This document shows, in pieces, positions 1 through 8,422 of a DNA stretch of 59,409 bases. Numbering within the stretch: the first letter of the stretch is position 1; every line of letters begins with the position of its first letter. Source of the DNA: a virus (lineage: Duplodnaviria > Caudoviricetes); the IMG/VR virus record IMGVR_UViG_3300005531_000120, positions 1 to 59,409 of that record; one strand, 5' to 3'. Below the pieces are notes generated by a model. The model saw only the letters and a list, made by a program, of their open reading frames with translations. It ran no database searches and was not told the origin of the DNA. The position numbers were made by a program, and so were the translations under genes.

Positions 1-10
1 GAACCCGGAA

Positions 11-39
11 ACGGAAAACCGCGCGAATCGGTTTTCCGT
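11..39. terminator. Perfect 11-bp inverted repeat in host flank, possibly the displaced tRNA terminator
   Basis: ACGGAAAACCG-7nt-CGGTTTTCCGT; lies downstream of the tRNA 3' fragment on the minus strand. Confidence 0.45.
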
Positions 40-71
40 CGGCGCCCAAGGCCGCTTCCTAAGTCACTGGA

Positions 72-120
72 AGCCTGGCTGGGGCGCCAGGATTCGAACC
101 TGGGAATGGCGGATTCAAAG
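72..120. repeat. Left attachment site (duplicated 3' half of tRNA-Gln)
   Basis: AGCCTGGCTGGGGCGCCAGGATTCGAACCTGGGAATGGCGGATTCAAAG identical to 59290..59338; identity ends in the anticodon loop. Confidence 0.97.
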
Positions 121-168
121 AGCAGCCCGAGGGGAAGACAAGAGCCTGAGATCATTGTGCGGCGCCCC

Positions 169-1335
169 CTACTCCGGGCCGCCCTGTGCCGGCTTTCGTG
201 CCGGCCGGCTTCCGGACCGGCGCGACCGCTGTGCCGACCGGGCCTGCTTCGAGGCCTCGGCCTCGCGGTTTTCCGCGAGTTTCCGCTCGAGGTCCTCGAC
301 CTCCAGGAAAGCGTAGCTCCGCTGGGTCACCAGCACCGAGGAGTGGCCGAGCCACTGGCTCACCTGCTCCATCGACATGCCGTGGTCCCGCAGCAGCCGC
401 ACGCCGCAGGTGCGCCGGAGATCGTGCCAGCGCACGTCCTTGAGCCCCGCGCGCTCTGCGGCGCCCTTGAGGCCGCGGTCCATCGTCCGGTAGCGCGTCA
501 CGCGCTGGCGGCCTGGCGTCAGCAGCCGCTTGCCGGAGGCCGGATCGACGGCGCGGCGACCCGGAGGCCGCGCGTTCACGAAGACGTAGTCCGTGCCGAG
601 ATGCGCCGGCAGCTTCGCGAGGATCTCGGCCGCGCGCGGCAGCAGCGGCACGTCGCGGGGCTTGCTGTTCTTGGTGCCCTCGCGGAGCGCGATGCGCCCG
701 TGCGCGATCTGCTGGCGCTGCAGCGAGAACTGCTCCTCCTTGCGCAAGCCGGTGTCGATCGCGACGGCGATCGCCTTGGCGACGTGCGGCTGCGCCGCCT
801 TGAGGAGCGCCGCCTCCTCCTCGTGCCGCAGATACCGCCGCCGCGGCGGCGACTCCTTGAGGCCGCGCTTCTTGCGCCGGCGCAGGTAGGGCCCGACGGG
901 GTTGGCGTCGATCCACTCCCAATCGATGCAGCAGCTCATCATCGACGAGAGGCACGCGAAGTCGCGCCGGATCGTCGGCGGCTTGGCGCCCGCGCGCCGG
1001 CGGGTCGTCTCGAACTCCATGAACTCGGCCGAGCCGAGGTCATCGATGAAGCGGCCCTCGAAGGCGTTGGTGAGGTGCACGGCCGAAACGCGATAGCGCT
1101 GGGCCGCCTTGGGCTTCAAGGTCGGCAGGTGCTCGTCGATGAACTTGAGCATCGCCTCGTCGAAGGTCCGGCGGGGCTTCTCGCCCCAGCTGACCCGGTC
1201 TAGCTCCTCGAGCCACTCGCGGAGGCGCTTCTCCGCAACTCGTCGAGACGTTGTCTTAAGGGACTGTCGGAGGTCCTGACCTTGACGCTGGACACGCCCC
1301 CAGAGCATCCGGCCCCGGCGGTAGATGGACGCCAT
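169..1335 (-). CDS. int: Phage integrase (tyrosine recombinase)
   Basis: DTGLRKEE, WHDLRRT, WLGHS...TQRSY catalytic motifs; adjacent to att. Confidence 0.97.
   Translation of the reverse strand: MASIYRRGRMLWGRVQRQGQDLRQSLKTTSRRVAEKRLREWLEELDRVSWGEKPRRTFDEAMLKFIDEHLPTLKPKAAQRYRVSAVHLTNAFEGRFIDDLGSAEFMEFETTRRRAGAKPPTIRRDFACLSSMMSCCIDWEWIDANPVGPYLRRRKKRGLKESPPRRRYLRHEEEAALLKAAQPHVAKAIAVAIDTGLRKEEQFSLQRQQIAHGRIALREGTKNSKPRDVPLLPRAAEILAKLPAHLGTDYVFVNARPPGRRAVDPASGKRLLTPGRQRVTRYRTMDRGLKGAAERAGLKDVRWHDLRRTCGVRLLRDHGMSMEQVSQWLGHSSVLVTQRSYAFLEVEDLERKLAENREAEASKQARSAQRSRRSGSRPARKPAQGGPE
185..205. promoter_or_regulatory. Putative integrase arm-type sites (left)
   Basis: TGTGCCGG / CGTGCCGG direct repeats with 12-bp period; the same pair occurs at 59021..59041. 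Confidence 0.6.
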
Positions 1336-1532
1336 TTCTGCCTCCCCTCGCTGCCGCGCTCATCCCACCAGCGCCAGAACTGCGCCTCGTCGAACACCCA
1401 CTTGCCTTTGGCACCCCCGGGCTGGCGCGCGCCGGGGATCGTGCCATCGGCCGCCCTCGCGGTAAACCAGCGCGCCGAGAAGCCGGTGGCGGCCGCCAGC
1501 TCCGACGCGCTGAGGTGATGCGTCTCAGCCAT
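1200..1532 (-). CDS. Excisionase-like HTH protein overlapping the int 5' end
   Basis: LSASELAAATGFSARW...GTIPGARQPGG...WVFDE pattern; position directly upstream of int. Confidence 0.75.
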   Translation of the reverse strand: MAETHHLSASELAAATGFSARWFTARAADGTIPGARQPGGAKGKWVFDEAQFWRWWDERGSEGRQKWRPSTAGAGCSGGVSSVKVRTSDSPLRQRLDELRRSASASGSRS

Positions 1533-1764
1533 GCGCCGGCAAGGGGCCGGAGAGTGCCGCCGGCTCAAATGCCGGCGATCGCGGCAGGCCGATGCGGATT
1601 CGGATCAGCTCGAGCTTCGCCGCCTTCGCCGCGGCGAAGACCTCGAGCACCTTGTCGAGATCCTTGAGCCTCGCCCCCCGCCGGCGCGCCGCGGCCTCGA
1701 CGCGGTCGAGCGCCTCGAGCTCGCTCACGAGCCTGGCGACGTCGAGGCGCTCGGCGCGGGTCAT
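1525..1764 (-). CDS. Hypothetical phage protein
   Basis: MTRAERLDVARL...; start/stop overlaps with both neighbours. Confidence 0.55.
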   Translation of the reverse strand: MTRAERLDVARLVSELEALDRVEAAARRRGARLKDLDKVLEVFAAAKAAKLELIRIRIGLPRSPAFEPAALSGPLPAHG

Positions 1765-2684
1765 CAGGTCTCCACCATCGGCCGGTACTCGTCGATCGAC
1801 GCGCCGAAGGACCAGGCGACGGCCTCGTGCGCCGTGCACACGTCTGGGGGCACCCTAAGCCAGTACCGGCGCCATGAGCCGTCGGGCTCCGGCGAGCTGT
1901 TGACGACCTCGACCATGACGAGCGGCTCATCATCGACGATCTCGCGGCGCCACAGCGTTCCGAAGCGCTCATCGTGGTCGAGCCGCTTCGCCCCTGAAGC
2001 GTGCAGGAAGGCGCCCGGGCCGCCGCCGCGATCCTTGCCGCCCGCGAACTGCTCTATCATCACGCGGCGAACCTCGACGTTGCTCTCGCGGTCGATCATG
2101 CCGACCGTGATTTCCGAGGGCCGCTCGACGACGAGCCCCGGCACCTGAACGCCGCGCCAGAACCAATAGCGCGCGCCATCGGGCCAGGAGACCGCTGGGC
2201 CGGTCGCACAGTGAAGGCGATCGTCCTCGATGAGGATCGAGGGGCGCGGGACCGCGATGACCTCGCGCTCGGTCACGAAGAAAAGCCAGAGCCCCGCCTC
2301 GCTGGCATCGAGAAATGGCAGCCAAATTCCGATCCACCGAGCGACGGGCGACATCGCTTCGCTCGCCGCCCGATGCCGCCGACCCGGCGTGATGGTCGGC
2401 GGCGAAGAAAGAGTTATCGCCGCCGACCGTGCCGCCGACCATGCCGCCGACCGTGCCGCCGACCATGCCGCCGACCATGCCGCCGACTCTGCCGCCTTAA
2501 AAACGTCGAACCATCCAGCCTCGGCGTCTTTAACCCAGCGGATCGGCGGGCACGGAAGCTCGAGCCGCGCGAAGTGCTCGGCGATCGCCCGCTCCGCGCG
2601 CGCCTTGTCGAGATGCGGCCGCGCGCGATCGATCGCGGCGAGGCGATCGATGATGTTCTGGGCCCCGGCGGAGATAGCGGTCAT
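1764..2684 (-). CDS. DUF6745-like protein with SAAW/SAAR repeats
   Basis: RLHCATGPAVSWPDGARYWFWRGVQV...ESNVEVRRVMIE...VEVVNSSPEPDG...YWLRVPP...AHEAVAWSFG motifs. Confidence 0.8.
   Translation of the reverse strand: MTAISAGAQNIIDRLAAIDRARPHLDKARAERAIAEHFARLELPCPPIRWVKDAEAGWFDVFKAAESAAWSAAWSAARSAAWSAARSAAITLSSPPTITPGRRHRAASEAMSPVARWIGIWLPFLDASEAGLWLFFVTEREVIAVPRPSILIEDDRLHCATGPAVSWPDGARYWFWRGVQVPGLVVERPSEITVGMIDRESNVEVRRVMIEQFAGGKDRGGGPGAFLHASGAKRLDHDERFGTLWRREIVDDEPLVMVEVVNSSPEPDGSWRRYWLRVPPDVCTAHEAVAWSFGASIDEYRPMVET
2419..2496. repeat. 12-bp in-frame tandem repeat, 6.5 copies
   Basis: GCCGCCGACC(G/A)T units encoding SAAW/SAAR on the minus strand. Confidence 0.95.
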
Positions 2685-2691
2685 CGCGGGA

Positions 2692-3024
2692 TCAGTCCGC
2701 GACCTGGCGGATCGCTTCCGGCGAATACTCGCGCTGCCGGACGACCTCGTAATCGCCCGGGGGCACCGCGATCGTCCCGTGCTCCTCGTGCTTGAGTTCC
2801 GCGGGCGCGTCGCCGGCGACACGGATGAATGCCTTCGCAGCGACGCCGCCGGAACCGGTCTCCATGAAATAATGCACGCGTCCGCCATAGAAGGCGTGCG
2901 CATGGCCGGTCACTTCGCCATAGGCCAGCACCACGCGGCCGTCCTTGGGCTTCTCTTCCTTGGCGCTCGCGGGGATCGCGGCGATCTGCCGGACCATCAC
3001 GTCGCCCTGTCTCGCGCTGAACAT
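2692..3024 (-). CDS. Conserved His-rich small protein, usual upstream partner of DUF6745 genes
   Basis: RQGDV...LAYGEVTGHAH...LKHEEH...YEVVRQREY motifs. Confidence 0.8.
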   Translation of the reverse strand: MFSARQGDVMVRQIAAIPASAKEEKPKDGRVVLAYGEVTGHAHAFYGGRVHYFMETGSGGVAAKAFIRVAGDAPAELKHEEHGTIAVPPGDYEVVRQREYSPEAIRQVAD

Positions 3025-3074
3025 CCTGCTCTCCTGGTCGCACTTGCGGCCGATCCCCGGCCGCGGGGTTTGCT

Positions 3075-3290
3075 TCAACTCGCGCCGATCCTCTCCGCGA
3101 TGCTGGCGCGGAGCATGAGGCCGGCGCCGGCACCATAGGTGACGCAGCTCTCGGCGGGCTCTCCCGCGTCCATGGGGCGGACGACGATCGGCTCGTCCTG
3201 CAGGACGCCCATCGCGATCCGCCGGCGCGTCTTCTCGTGCGCCAGGCGCCGCTCCCGCCGATGCGCAAGCTCCTTGACCCCCGCCATCAT
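3075..3290 (-). CDS. Hypothetical phage protein
   Basis: AAGGGGGA SD before ATG; stop overlaps the next ORF. Confidence 0.5.
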   Translation of the reverse strand: MMAGVKELAHRRERRLAHEKTRRRIAMGVLQDEPIVVRPMDAGEPAESCVTYGAGAGLMLRASIAERIGAS

Positions 3291-3341
3291 TTCCCCCTTT
3301 GTTAGAAGCGCGTTAACCGAAAACGGGTTAACGAGCCATCC

Positions 3342-3728
3342 ATGGCCAACGCCAAAGTCAGGAAACTGCTCGCCGATCTGCCGGCCTTCCGGTCGCTGTC
3401 GCTCGAGTACTCGCCGGGCGCCGACAATGTGGCGGAGCTCGCCGATCGGCTCGGCCGCGTTGCGGCCGTGCGGGCGGAACTCGTCGCCTACGAGGACGCG
3501 CTCAAGGAAGTGATCCGCGAGCACGGTGCCGCCGCGATCGAGGGCCGGCTCTTCCGCGCGACGCTCTCGAGCTACGAGCAGACCCGGCTCGACACCAAGG
3601 GGATCCGCGAGGCGAAGCAGCCGCCGGTCGTGAAGCGCTGGCTCAACCGGTTCTGGATCACCAGCGCCGTCATCGCGGTCAAGGTGCATCCGCGGCTCGG
3701 CATAGGCCTCGAGGAAAAAGCGGCCTAG
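3342..3728 (+). CDS. Hypothetical phage protein, counter-oriented
   Basis: Normal globular composition (ADRLGRV...IEGRLFRATLS); AT-richer upstream region. Confidence 0.7.
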   Translation: MANAKVRKLLADLPAFRSLSLEYSPGADNVAELADRLGRVAAVRAELVAYEDALKEVIREHGAAAIEGRLFRATLSSYEQTRLDTKGIREAKQPPVVKRWLNRFWITSAVIAVKVHPRLGIGLEEKAA

Positions 3729-3840
3729 CCTCACGGCACGCCCCAAATCGAGAGCGCGATCGCCGAGACCGCGGCCACCGCGACGACGATCCACATGACG
3801 CCCGAGAGAACCGGATGGTCGCCGCTGCCCGCCATGGCGA

Positions 3841-4245
3841 TCACGAGGAGGCTAGCGCCACAATGCCAACGGCCACGATCGCGAAGCTCAGGAGCCAGAG
3901 CAGCGCGCGCACCGTGACGACTCCCGCGACGATCAGGCGCTCGGCGCCGACGAGCGGGCGTCCCGCATGCAGGTCGCGCCGCAGCCGGCGCCAGCGGCGC
4001 AGGGTCTCGCGGAGCGTGAGAGGCCGCGGCTCGAGCCATTCGACCTCGGCCGTGGGCGTGAGCCACGCGGGCGCCGGCGAGTTCTCGAAGGTTCGCCTCG
4101 GCTCGAACTGCCCGACCGGCTCGATCGGGCGCCGGCCGGCGTCGCGGATCAGGCTGAGCCGCCGACGCGCATCGCCGCGCTCGACGTCGCGCGCCGCATC
4201 GGGAAGCGCCCTCAGCGGCTGAGCAAGGTACCGGGCTGGCGTCAT
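3841..4245 (-). CDS. Hypothetical membrane protein
   Basis: C-terminal hydrophobic segment; ATGA overlap with upstream ORF. Confidence 0.5.
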   Translation of the reverse strand: MTPARYLAQPLRALPDAARDVERGDARRRLSLIRDAGRRPIEPVGQFEPRRTFENSPAPAWLTPTAEVEWLEPRPLTLRETLRRWRRLRRDLHAGRPLVGAERLIVAGVVTVRALLWLLSFAIVAVGIVALASS

Positions 4246-4476
4246 GAGGAACTCCCTGTGGGCGGCGGTTCGGGCGGCGGCAGCGGCTCGGTCAGCAGCT
4301 TCGCCAGGTGCGTGCAGGCCTCGCTGTTGAGGCGTGCCCTGAAGAGGGCGCCTCCGCCGTCGACGAGCTCGAGAAGGCGGCCGCCTTCGGGCAGCTCGTT
4401 GAGCTGGATCGACTCCCATTTTCTGCGGGTATGGGCGATCATGCGCGGCTTGCATTGCCAGACGCCGGGGGGATCG

Positions 4477-4791
4477 ATGGCGCTGGGGTCCGCGATCTGG
4501 TCAACCATTAAACGCTCCTGGTCCTGGGTCCGCGCCGCGGGCCAGTGGGCCGCGATGCGCGCCGAGCTGGATCAGCTCCGGGGCCGTGTCGAAAGGCTTG
4601 AGGCAGAGATGGCGCGCCGGCCGGGCCCGGAGTTCTGCCCTTATTGCTCGGCGCCGCTGAAGGTCGTCGATGTCAAACCGCTGATCGGTGGCCTCGAGCA
4701 GAAGCAGTTCGGCGAGATCCGATATTTCGCCTGCACGCGCGCTCCCGAGTGCCGCTACACCCGCGAGCAGCTGATCGAATTCGACGGCTGA
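4477..4791 (+). CDS. Coiled-coil plus zinc-ribbon protein, counter-oriented
   Basis: CPYC...C-x5-C; GGGGG SD before ATG 4477. Confidence 0.65.
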   Translation: MALGSAIWSTIKRSWSWVRAAGQWAAMRAELDQLRGRVERLEAEMARRPGPEFCPYCSAPLKVVDVKPLIGGLEQKQFGEIRYFACTRAPECRYTREQLIEFDG

Positions 4792-4793
4792 CA

Positions 4794-5009
4794 TCAGGCC
4801 ACTTTCCGCGCGGCGTCTTCGACCGTCGCGGTGGGCGCCTTGATGAGCGTGACCCGCTTCTCGGCGGCGCCAATCACGCGGCTGTGATCGCGCAGCAGCC
4901 GGCCCAGCATCGCGCGCGGCACCCGAACGTCCTTGCTGCGGCCCTTGTCGTGCAGCCGGCAGAGCTCGGTCAGCTCGTCGTCGGAAAGCTCGAGATTGAG
5001 GTTCGACAT
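4794..5009 (-). CDS. Hypothetical protein, first gene of leftward early operon
   Basis: Directly downstream of the predicted leftward promoter. Confidence 0.65.
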   Translation of the reverse strand: MSNLNLELSDDELTELCRLHDKGRSKDVRVPRAMLGRLLRDHSRVIGAAEKRVTLIKAPTATVEDAARKVA

Positions 5010-5035
5010 GTCGCGGCCCCTGCGTCGATGGCTTG

Positions 5036-5087
5036 ACGCTATTCAAGCCGCATGAACAATGCAAGGGCTTTTTTCAAGCCACTTGAA
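5036..5087 (-). promoter_or_regulatory. Leftward early promoter with two repressor operators
   Basis: Minus strand TTGCAT-17nt-TAGCGT; operators TTCAAGCCGCATGAA (5042..5056) and TTCAAGCCACTTGAA (5073..5087). Confidence 0.75.
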
Positions 5088-5189
5088 TTTGGCGGATTTA
5101 CTCAGAAAATCATTGGTTGCAGTGCGAGATGACCCTTTGCCATTTTGTGGTAGTCGGAGAAGGGAGATAACAGCCAGGGAGGACGAGCA

Positions 5190-5543
5190 ATGCGGGTATT
5201 TCGGGTAGTCGTTTTGATCGCTCTCATCGCGACCGCTTGCGCACGCGGCGGCGGCACGCGAGTCACCGACGATCAGCTGTCTGGGTTTGTCGACGGTAGA
5301 ACGACTGCCGCCGAAGTGATTGCGGCCCTCGGGCCGCCTACCAGCGACGTGCGCGACTCGACTGGACTAAGGGTGCTGGGCTACTCGTTCATCGGCTCGA
5401 GGGTGAACGGCGCAGCCTTCATCCCGGTCGTCGGGCCATTCGCGGCACGCGCGAGCGGCGAAATCCGAACCGTTACGTTCACCTTTGATGGTGCCGGTAT
5501 TCTGACGAAACACACGGTCATTGAATCGCACTTCGGGAGCTGA
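5190..5543 (+). CDS. SmpA/OmlA(BamE)-like lipoprotein in the immunity region
   Basis: Signal peptide with ATAC lipobox; GRTTAAEVIAALGPP motif; strong SD. Confidence 0.8.
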   Translation: MRVFRVVVLIALIATACARGGGTRVTDDQLSGFVDGRTTAAEVIAALGPPTSDVRDSTGLRVLGYSFIGSRVNGAAFIPVVGPFAARASGEIRTVTFTFDGAGILTKHTVIESHFGS

Positions 5544-5546
5544 TCG

Positions 5547-5828
5547 CTACGCGGCTGCGCCGGCGAGCGCCTGTGCCAGGCGATGCGGCAGGCCACTGGG
5601 ATCGCCGAGATAGATCCAGTCGAGGGTGACTCCGTAGGTATCGCAGAGCTGCATCGCCTCATCGATGCGCGGCCGGCCCTTGGCTGATTCCCACTGGCTA
5701 TAGGTATTCCGGGCGATCCTCGCCCGGTCTGCGAACTCGGACGGCCGCAATGCGAGAGCCTCGCGCGTGCGCCGCAATCGCGCGGCAATCGCATCGACGG
5801 TTCTAGGATCAGACCGGGCTTGCGCCAT
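5547..5828 (-). CDS. Phage repressor (XRE/CI-like HTH, no peptidase domain)
   Basis: RLRRTREAL...EFADRARIARNTYSQWES...YGVTLDWIYLG; divergent from cro; start could instead be 5864. Confidence 0.88.
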   Translation of the reverse strand: MAQARSDPRTVDAIAARLRRTREALALRPSEFADRARIARNTYSQWESAKGRPRIDEAMQLCDTYGVTLDWIYLGDPSGLPHRLAQALAGAAA

Positions 5829-5870
5829 CAAGAGATTCAACGCCGCAAGCCTCGCCGCTGTCATTTCAGG

Positions 5871-5909
5871 TTCAAGCCGCTTGACATAATTCAAGGGGCA
5901 TGAACAAAT
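5871..5909 (+). promoter_or_regulatory. Rightward promoter with two operators
   Basis: TTGACA at 5881..5886; operators TTCAAGCCGCTTGAC (5871..5885) and TTCAAGGGGCATGAA (5890..5904). Confidence 0.8.
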
Positions 5910-5915
5910 GCGCGC

Positions 5916-6146
5916 ATGCTCACCGAAGCCTCCGATCTCATCGACGCGCTCGGCGGTAACGCCGCCGTCGCTGAGATCTGCGATGTCGGCGTAACAGCCG
6001 TCTGCAATTGGCGCACGTGGGGTCGCTTTCCTCCACGCGTCCATAACCGGCTGCGTCAGGCCGCGAAGCGCAAGCGCCTGAGGGTCGCCGAGGATCTTTT
6101 CGCGAACGAAACTGCGGCGCCGCCCCGCCGCCGCAAGGCCGCCTGA
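5916..6146 (+). CDS. Cro-like HTH protein
   Basis: LIDALGGNAAVAEICDVGVTAVCNWRTWGRFPP. Confidence 0.88.
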   Translation: MLTEASDLIDALGGNAAVAEICDVGVTAVCNWRTWGRFPPRVHNRLRQAAKRKRLRVAEDLFANETAAPPRRRKAA

Positions 6147-6472
6147 TGAGCGCGCGTCTCTCCCGCCGAACCATCTTTGCCGCGATGATCGCGTTAGCGG
6201 CCACGCCGGTTGCCCGCGCATTCCCTAGCGCAGGCCTGTGGGGCCGGCCAATCGATCTGCGATTCGGCGAGGCGCGCGTCCCGGGCAAGCTGATCGCCGC
6301 GTTCGATTTCAGTCCTCCGCCCGCGCGGATGTACGACTTGCAGGAGGAGGATTTCCTGACGGAGGCGGAGGCCGCCGTGCCCGCCTTCACAGGCAGCCGG
6401 CAATACCGCTTCACTCTGCGCCGGTATGCGGTGAGCGAGCTTTCGCCGCTTGTGCCGGTCCGGCGGCTATAG
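6146..6472 (+). CDS. Hypothetical protein with twin-arginine-like N-terminus
   Basis: SRRTIF plus hydrophobic stretch; TGATG coupling to cro. Confidence 0.5.
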   Translation: MSARLSRRTIFAAMIALAATPVARAFPSAGLWGRPIDLRFGEARVPGKLIAAFDFSPPPARMYDLQEEDFLTEAEAAVPAFTGSRQYRFTLRRYAVSELSPLVPVRRL

Positions 6473-6620
6473 CCCCGCATGAGCCGATCGGCGCACAAAC
6501 GGGATCCCTGGCTCGAGCGCTGCATCGCCGAGGTCATGCGCGCGATCGCGCGGTATCTCGACCGGCGCGATCGACGGCTTCGGCGGGCGCTCGGATACAG
6601 GCGCGGCCGACCGCCCTTCG

Positions 6621-6947
6621 CTACGCTGTCGGATCTGCGGGCGCGGCAGGAGGAGAGCCGCCGCCGAGAGCAAGCCGCACGTCGCGCAAAATCGCGGCCA
6701 GCTCGTCCCGCGCCTGACCCGCACAGGGCTTCGCCGCGAAATCGCCGGCCTGCTCCGGATCGAGGCGCACGATGACCCGATCGTACAGCGCGGTCAGGTA
6801 TCGGTCCGGGTCCGGCTGCGACTTCGCCAGATCCACCACCAGCTCGCCGGCGAGCAGGCGCGCGGCGAGCCCCCAGGCCTGCGCCACGAGAATACCTTCG
6901 CCGAGGTCCTTGAAGACCCTCATCCAGTCCTTGTCGTCCTTGTCCAT
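6621..6947 (-). CDS. Hypothetical protein, counter-oriented
   Basis: AGGAG SD; helical globular composition. Confidence 0.65.
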   Translation of the reverse strand: MDKDDKDWMRVFKDLGEGILVAQAWGLAARLLAGELVVDLAKSQPDPDRYLTALYDRVIVRLDPEQAGDFAAKPCAGQARDELAAILRDVRLALGGGSPPAAPADPTA

Positions 6948-7169
6948 GAGTTCCGCTCCTGGGTTGTTTGACCGCTCCCAGTGTAGCGGTGCGGGGGCCG
7001 GCGCGCCGAGCGACAGCGCCGGTCCCCGTCTCGATCTGCTCCGCCCCTCTCATCTGGTTCCGCGACGCGCCGGTTCATTCGCTTGCGCCGGCGTGCCCTT
7101 CGCGGCCGCGGCGCCGGGCCTGCTCGCATCAGCCCGGCGTCGCGGCCGTGATTTTTTCAGGAGTGCACG

Positions 7170-7370
7170 ATGGCCCGATGGACCACCACCGAGATCCGCG
7201 TCCGCGCCCTCGAGCTCGCGCAGGAGGCCGAGGGCGTGGGCGCCCAAGACCACGGCGCTCCCGTCGTCAACGACGTCGACAAAGTGCTCGCCCGCGCGGG
7301 ACGCTACGCCCAGTTCCTCCTGGCGGCAGAGGGCTCGCGAGCTAAGAGCCGCGGTTCGCGGGCTGCCTAA
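7170..7370 (+). CDS. Hypothetical phage protein
   Basis: AGGAG SD; EIRVRALELA...VLARAGRYAQFL. Confidence 0.65.
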   Translation: MARWTTTEIRVRALELAQEAEGVGAQDHGAPVVNDVDKVLARAGRYAQFLLAAEGSRAKSRGSRAA

Positions 7371-7521
7371 CCGTCTTGAGACACTCGGCGTAGGTATCGA
7401 GGATCCATTTACGGTCGGGCTTCTGCCCGGCGCCGGACAGCGTCTTGCCCTCGGCGTGTGCCGTATAGACGAGCAGCTGCAGCGCCACGCCTTCCGCGGT
7501 GTACGGCAGTTCCTGAGCCAT
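7342..7521 (-). CDS. Small hypothetical protein, counter-oriented
   Basis: GGGAGA SD; TAEGVALQLL...DRKWILDTYAECL. Confidence 0.65.
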   Translation of the reverse strand: MAQELPYTAEGVALQLLVYTAHAEGKTLSGAGQKPDRKWILDTYAECLKTVRQPANRGS

Positions 7522-7631
7522 GTGATTTCTCCCGTTGCTGGCAGGTTTACCAGAGCCCACAGCATCGGGGCCGGCGGACGGAGGCGCAAGCTTCCGTCCG
7601 ATCCGGCGATCGCATGCGATCGCATGGCGAT

Positions 7632-7670
7632 GTTACGCGGGCGGCGAGGGTTGGCGTGGCGGCTCGCCGC
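7632..7670 (+). repeat. Dispersed TAC-hairpin repeat, copy a
   Basis: GTTAC + stem GCGGCGAG/CTCGCCGC, loop GGTTGGCGTGGCGG; 30 bp identical to 10318..10347. Confidence 0.85.
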
Positions 7671-7677
7671 CCGCGGA

Positions 7678-7938
7678 TCAGCGAGACCCGTCGAGGGGCG
7701 CGTAAACCGCGTCGCCGACGAGCGTGCCGCCGAAGACGGGAGGCGGCTCGGGCTGGCGGTTCGCGTGCTCCATCGGCGTGTCGTCGGGCGAGGCGATATA
7801 GGCCACGCCGTTCGCGAAGGTGCGGGTCGCGTTGAAGGCCTGGAAGCTCGGGTCCTGCTGCGCGCAGGCCGCCAGTCCGACCGCCGTCGCGATCGCGCCG
7901 GCGGTCAGCGTCTCCTGCAACAAGTCGGCGATCTTCAT
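7678..7938 (-). CDS. Putative lipoprotein, counter-oriented
   Basis: LAAC lipobox after hydrophobic stretch. Confidence 0.6.
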   Translation of the reverse strand: MKIADLLQETLTAGAIATAVGLAACAQQDPSFQAFNATRTFANGVAYIASPDDTPMEHANRQPEPPPVFGGTLVGDAVYAPLDGSR

Positions 7939-7994
7939 TTCTGTTGCCCCTTGAATGTCCGCATTGTCGCGAATGTCGGGTGCAGGGGGCGTTA

Positions 7995-8333
7995 ATGCAG
8001 GGGACCCAAGCGTGCCAGGCACTCCCGATGGCGGGAGTCCGACTCCTCTACCAGCGGCACGCCGCCAAGGCCGTCATGCGGCTCTTCCACGTGAGCCTGC
8101 GCACCGCGCGCCGGTGGCTCGCGAAGGGCTTCGTGCCCGCGCGCGTGGTCGCCTGGGCGCTGCCCATCATCGACGCCGAGATCGAGCGGCGGGCGGCGCG
8201 GCTCGAGGCGCTCCACCGTGAAATCGTCGCGGCCGAGGCTGCTCTGGCTTCGGGTCCTAACGGCGCTCGAGACGAGTGCGATCTCGAGGCTGCGCCGGCT
8301 CAAGCAATTCCTGTCCCGACACCGGAGGACTGA
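7995..8333 (+). CDS. HTH protein at CII-like position
   Basis: AKAVMRLFHVSLRTARRWL HTH followed by coiled coil. Confidence 0.6.
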   Translation: MQGTQACQALPMAGVRLLYQRHAAKAVMRLFHVSLRTARRWLAKGFVPARVVAWALPIIDAEIERRAARLEALHREIVAAEAALASGPNGARDECDLEAAPAQAIPVPTPED

Positions 8334-8422
8334 GCGCTAGAGGGCTCGCCGCCCAGGAAAACGGACGTCTTACTCGAGGCGAGGGCGAGCGCGGTCAATC
8401 GCGCCGCCCGGGGGTGATAGCG

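Noticed and set aside
76-120. Second tRNA gene at the left end
   Set aside because: Only the 3' half is present; sequence diverges after the anticodon loop
1969-2478. ORF with MVGG/TVGG repeats
   Set aside because: Alternate frame of the 12-bp repeat inside the DUF6745-like gene
7651-7668. TTGGCGTGGCGGCTCGC as a sigma54 promoter
   Set aside because: GG-to-GC spacing is one base too long and the motif is better explained as a hairpin loop
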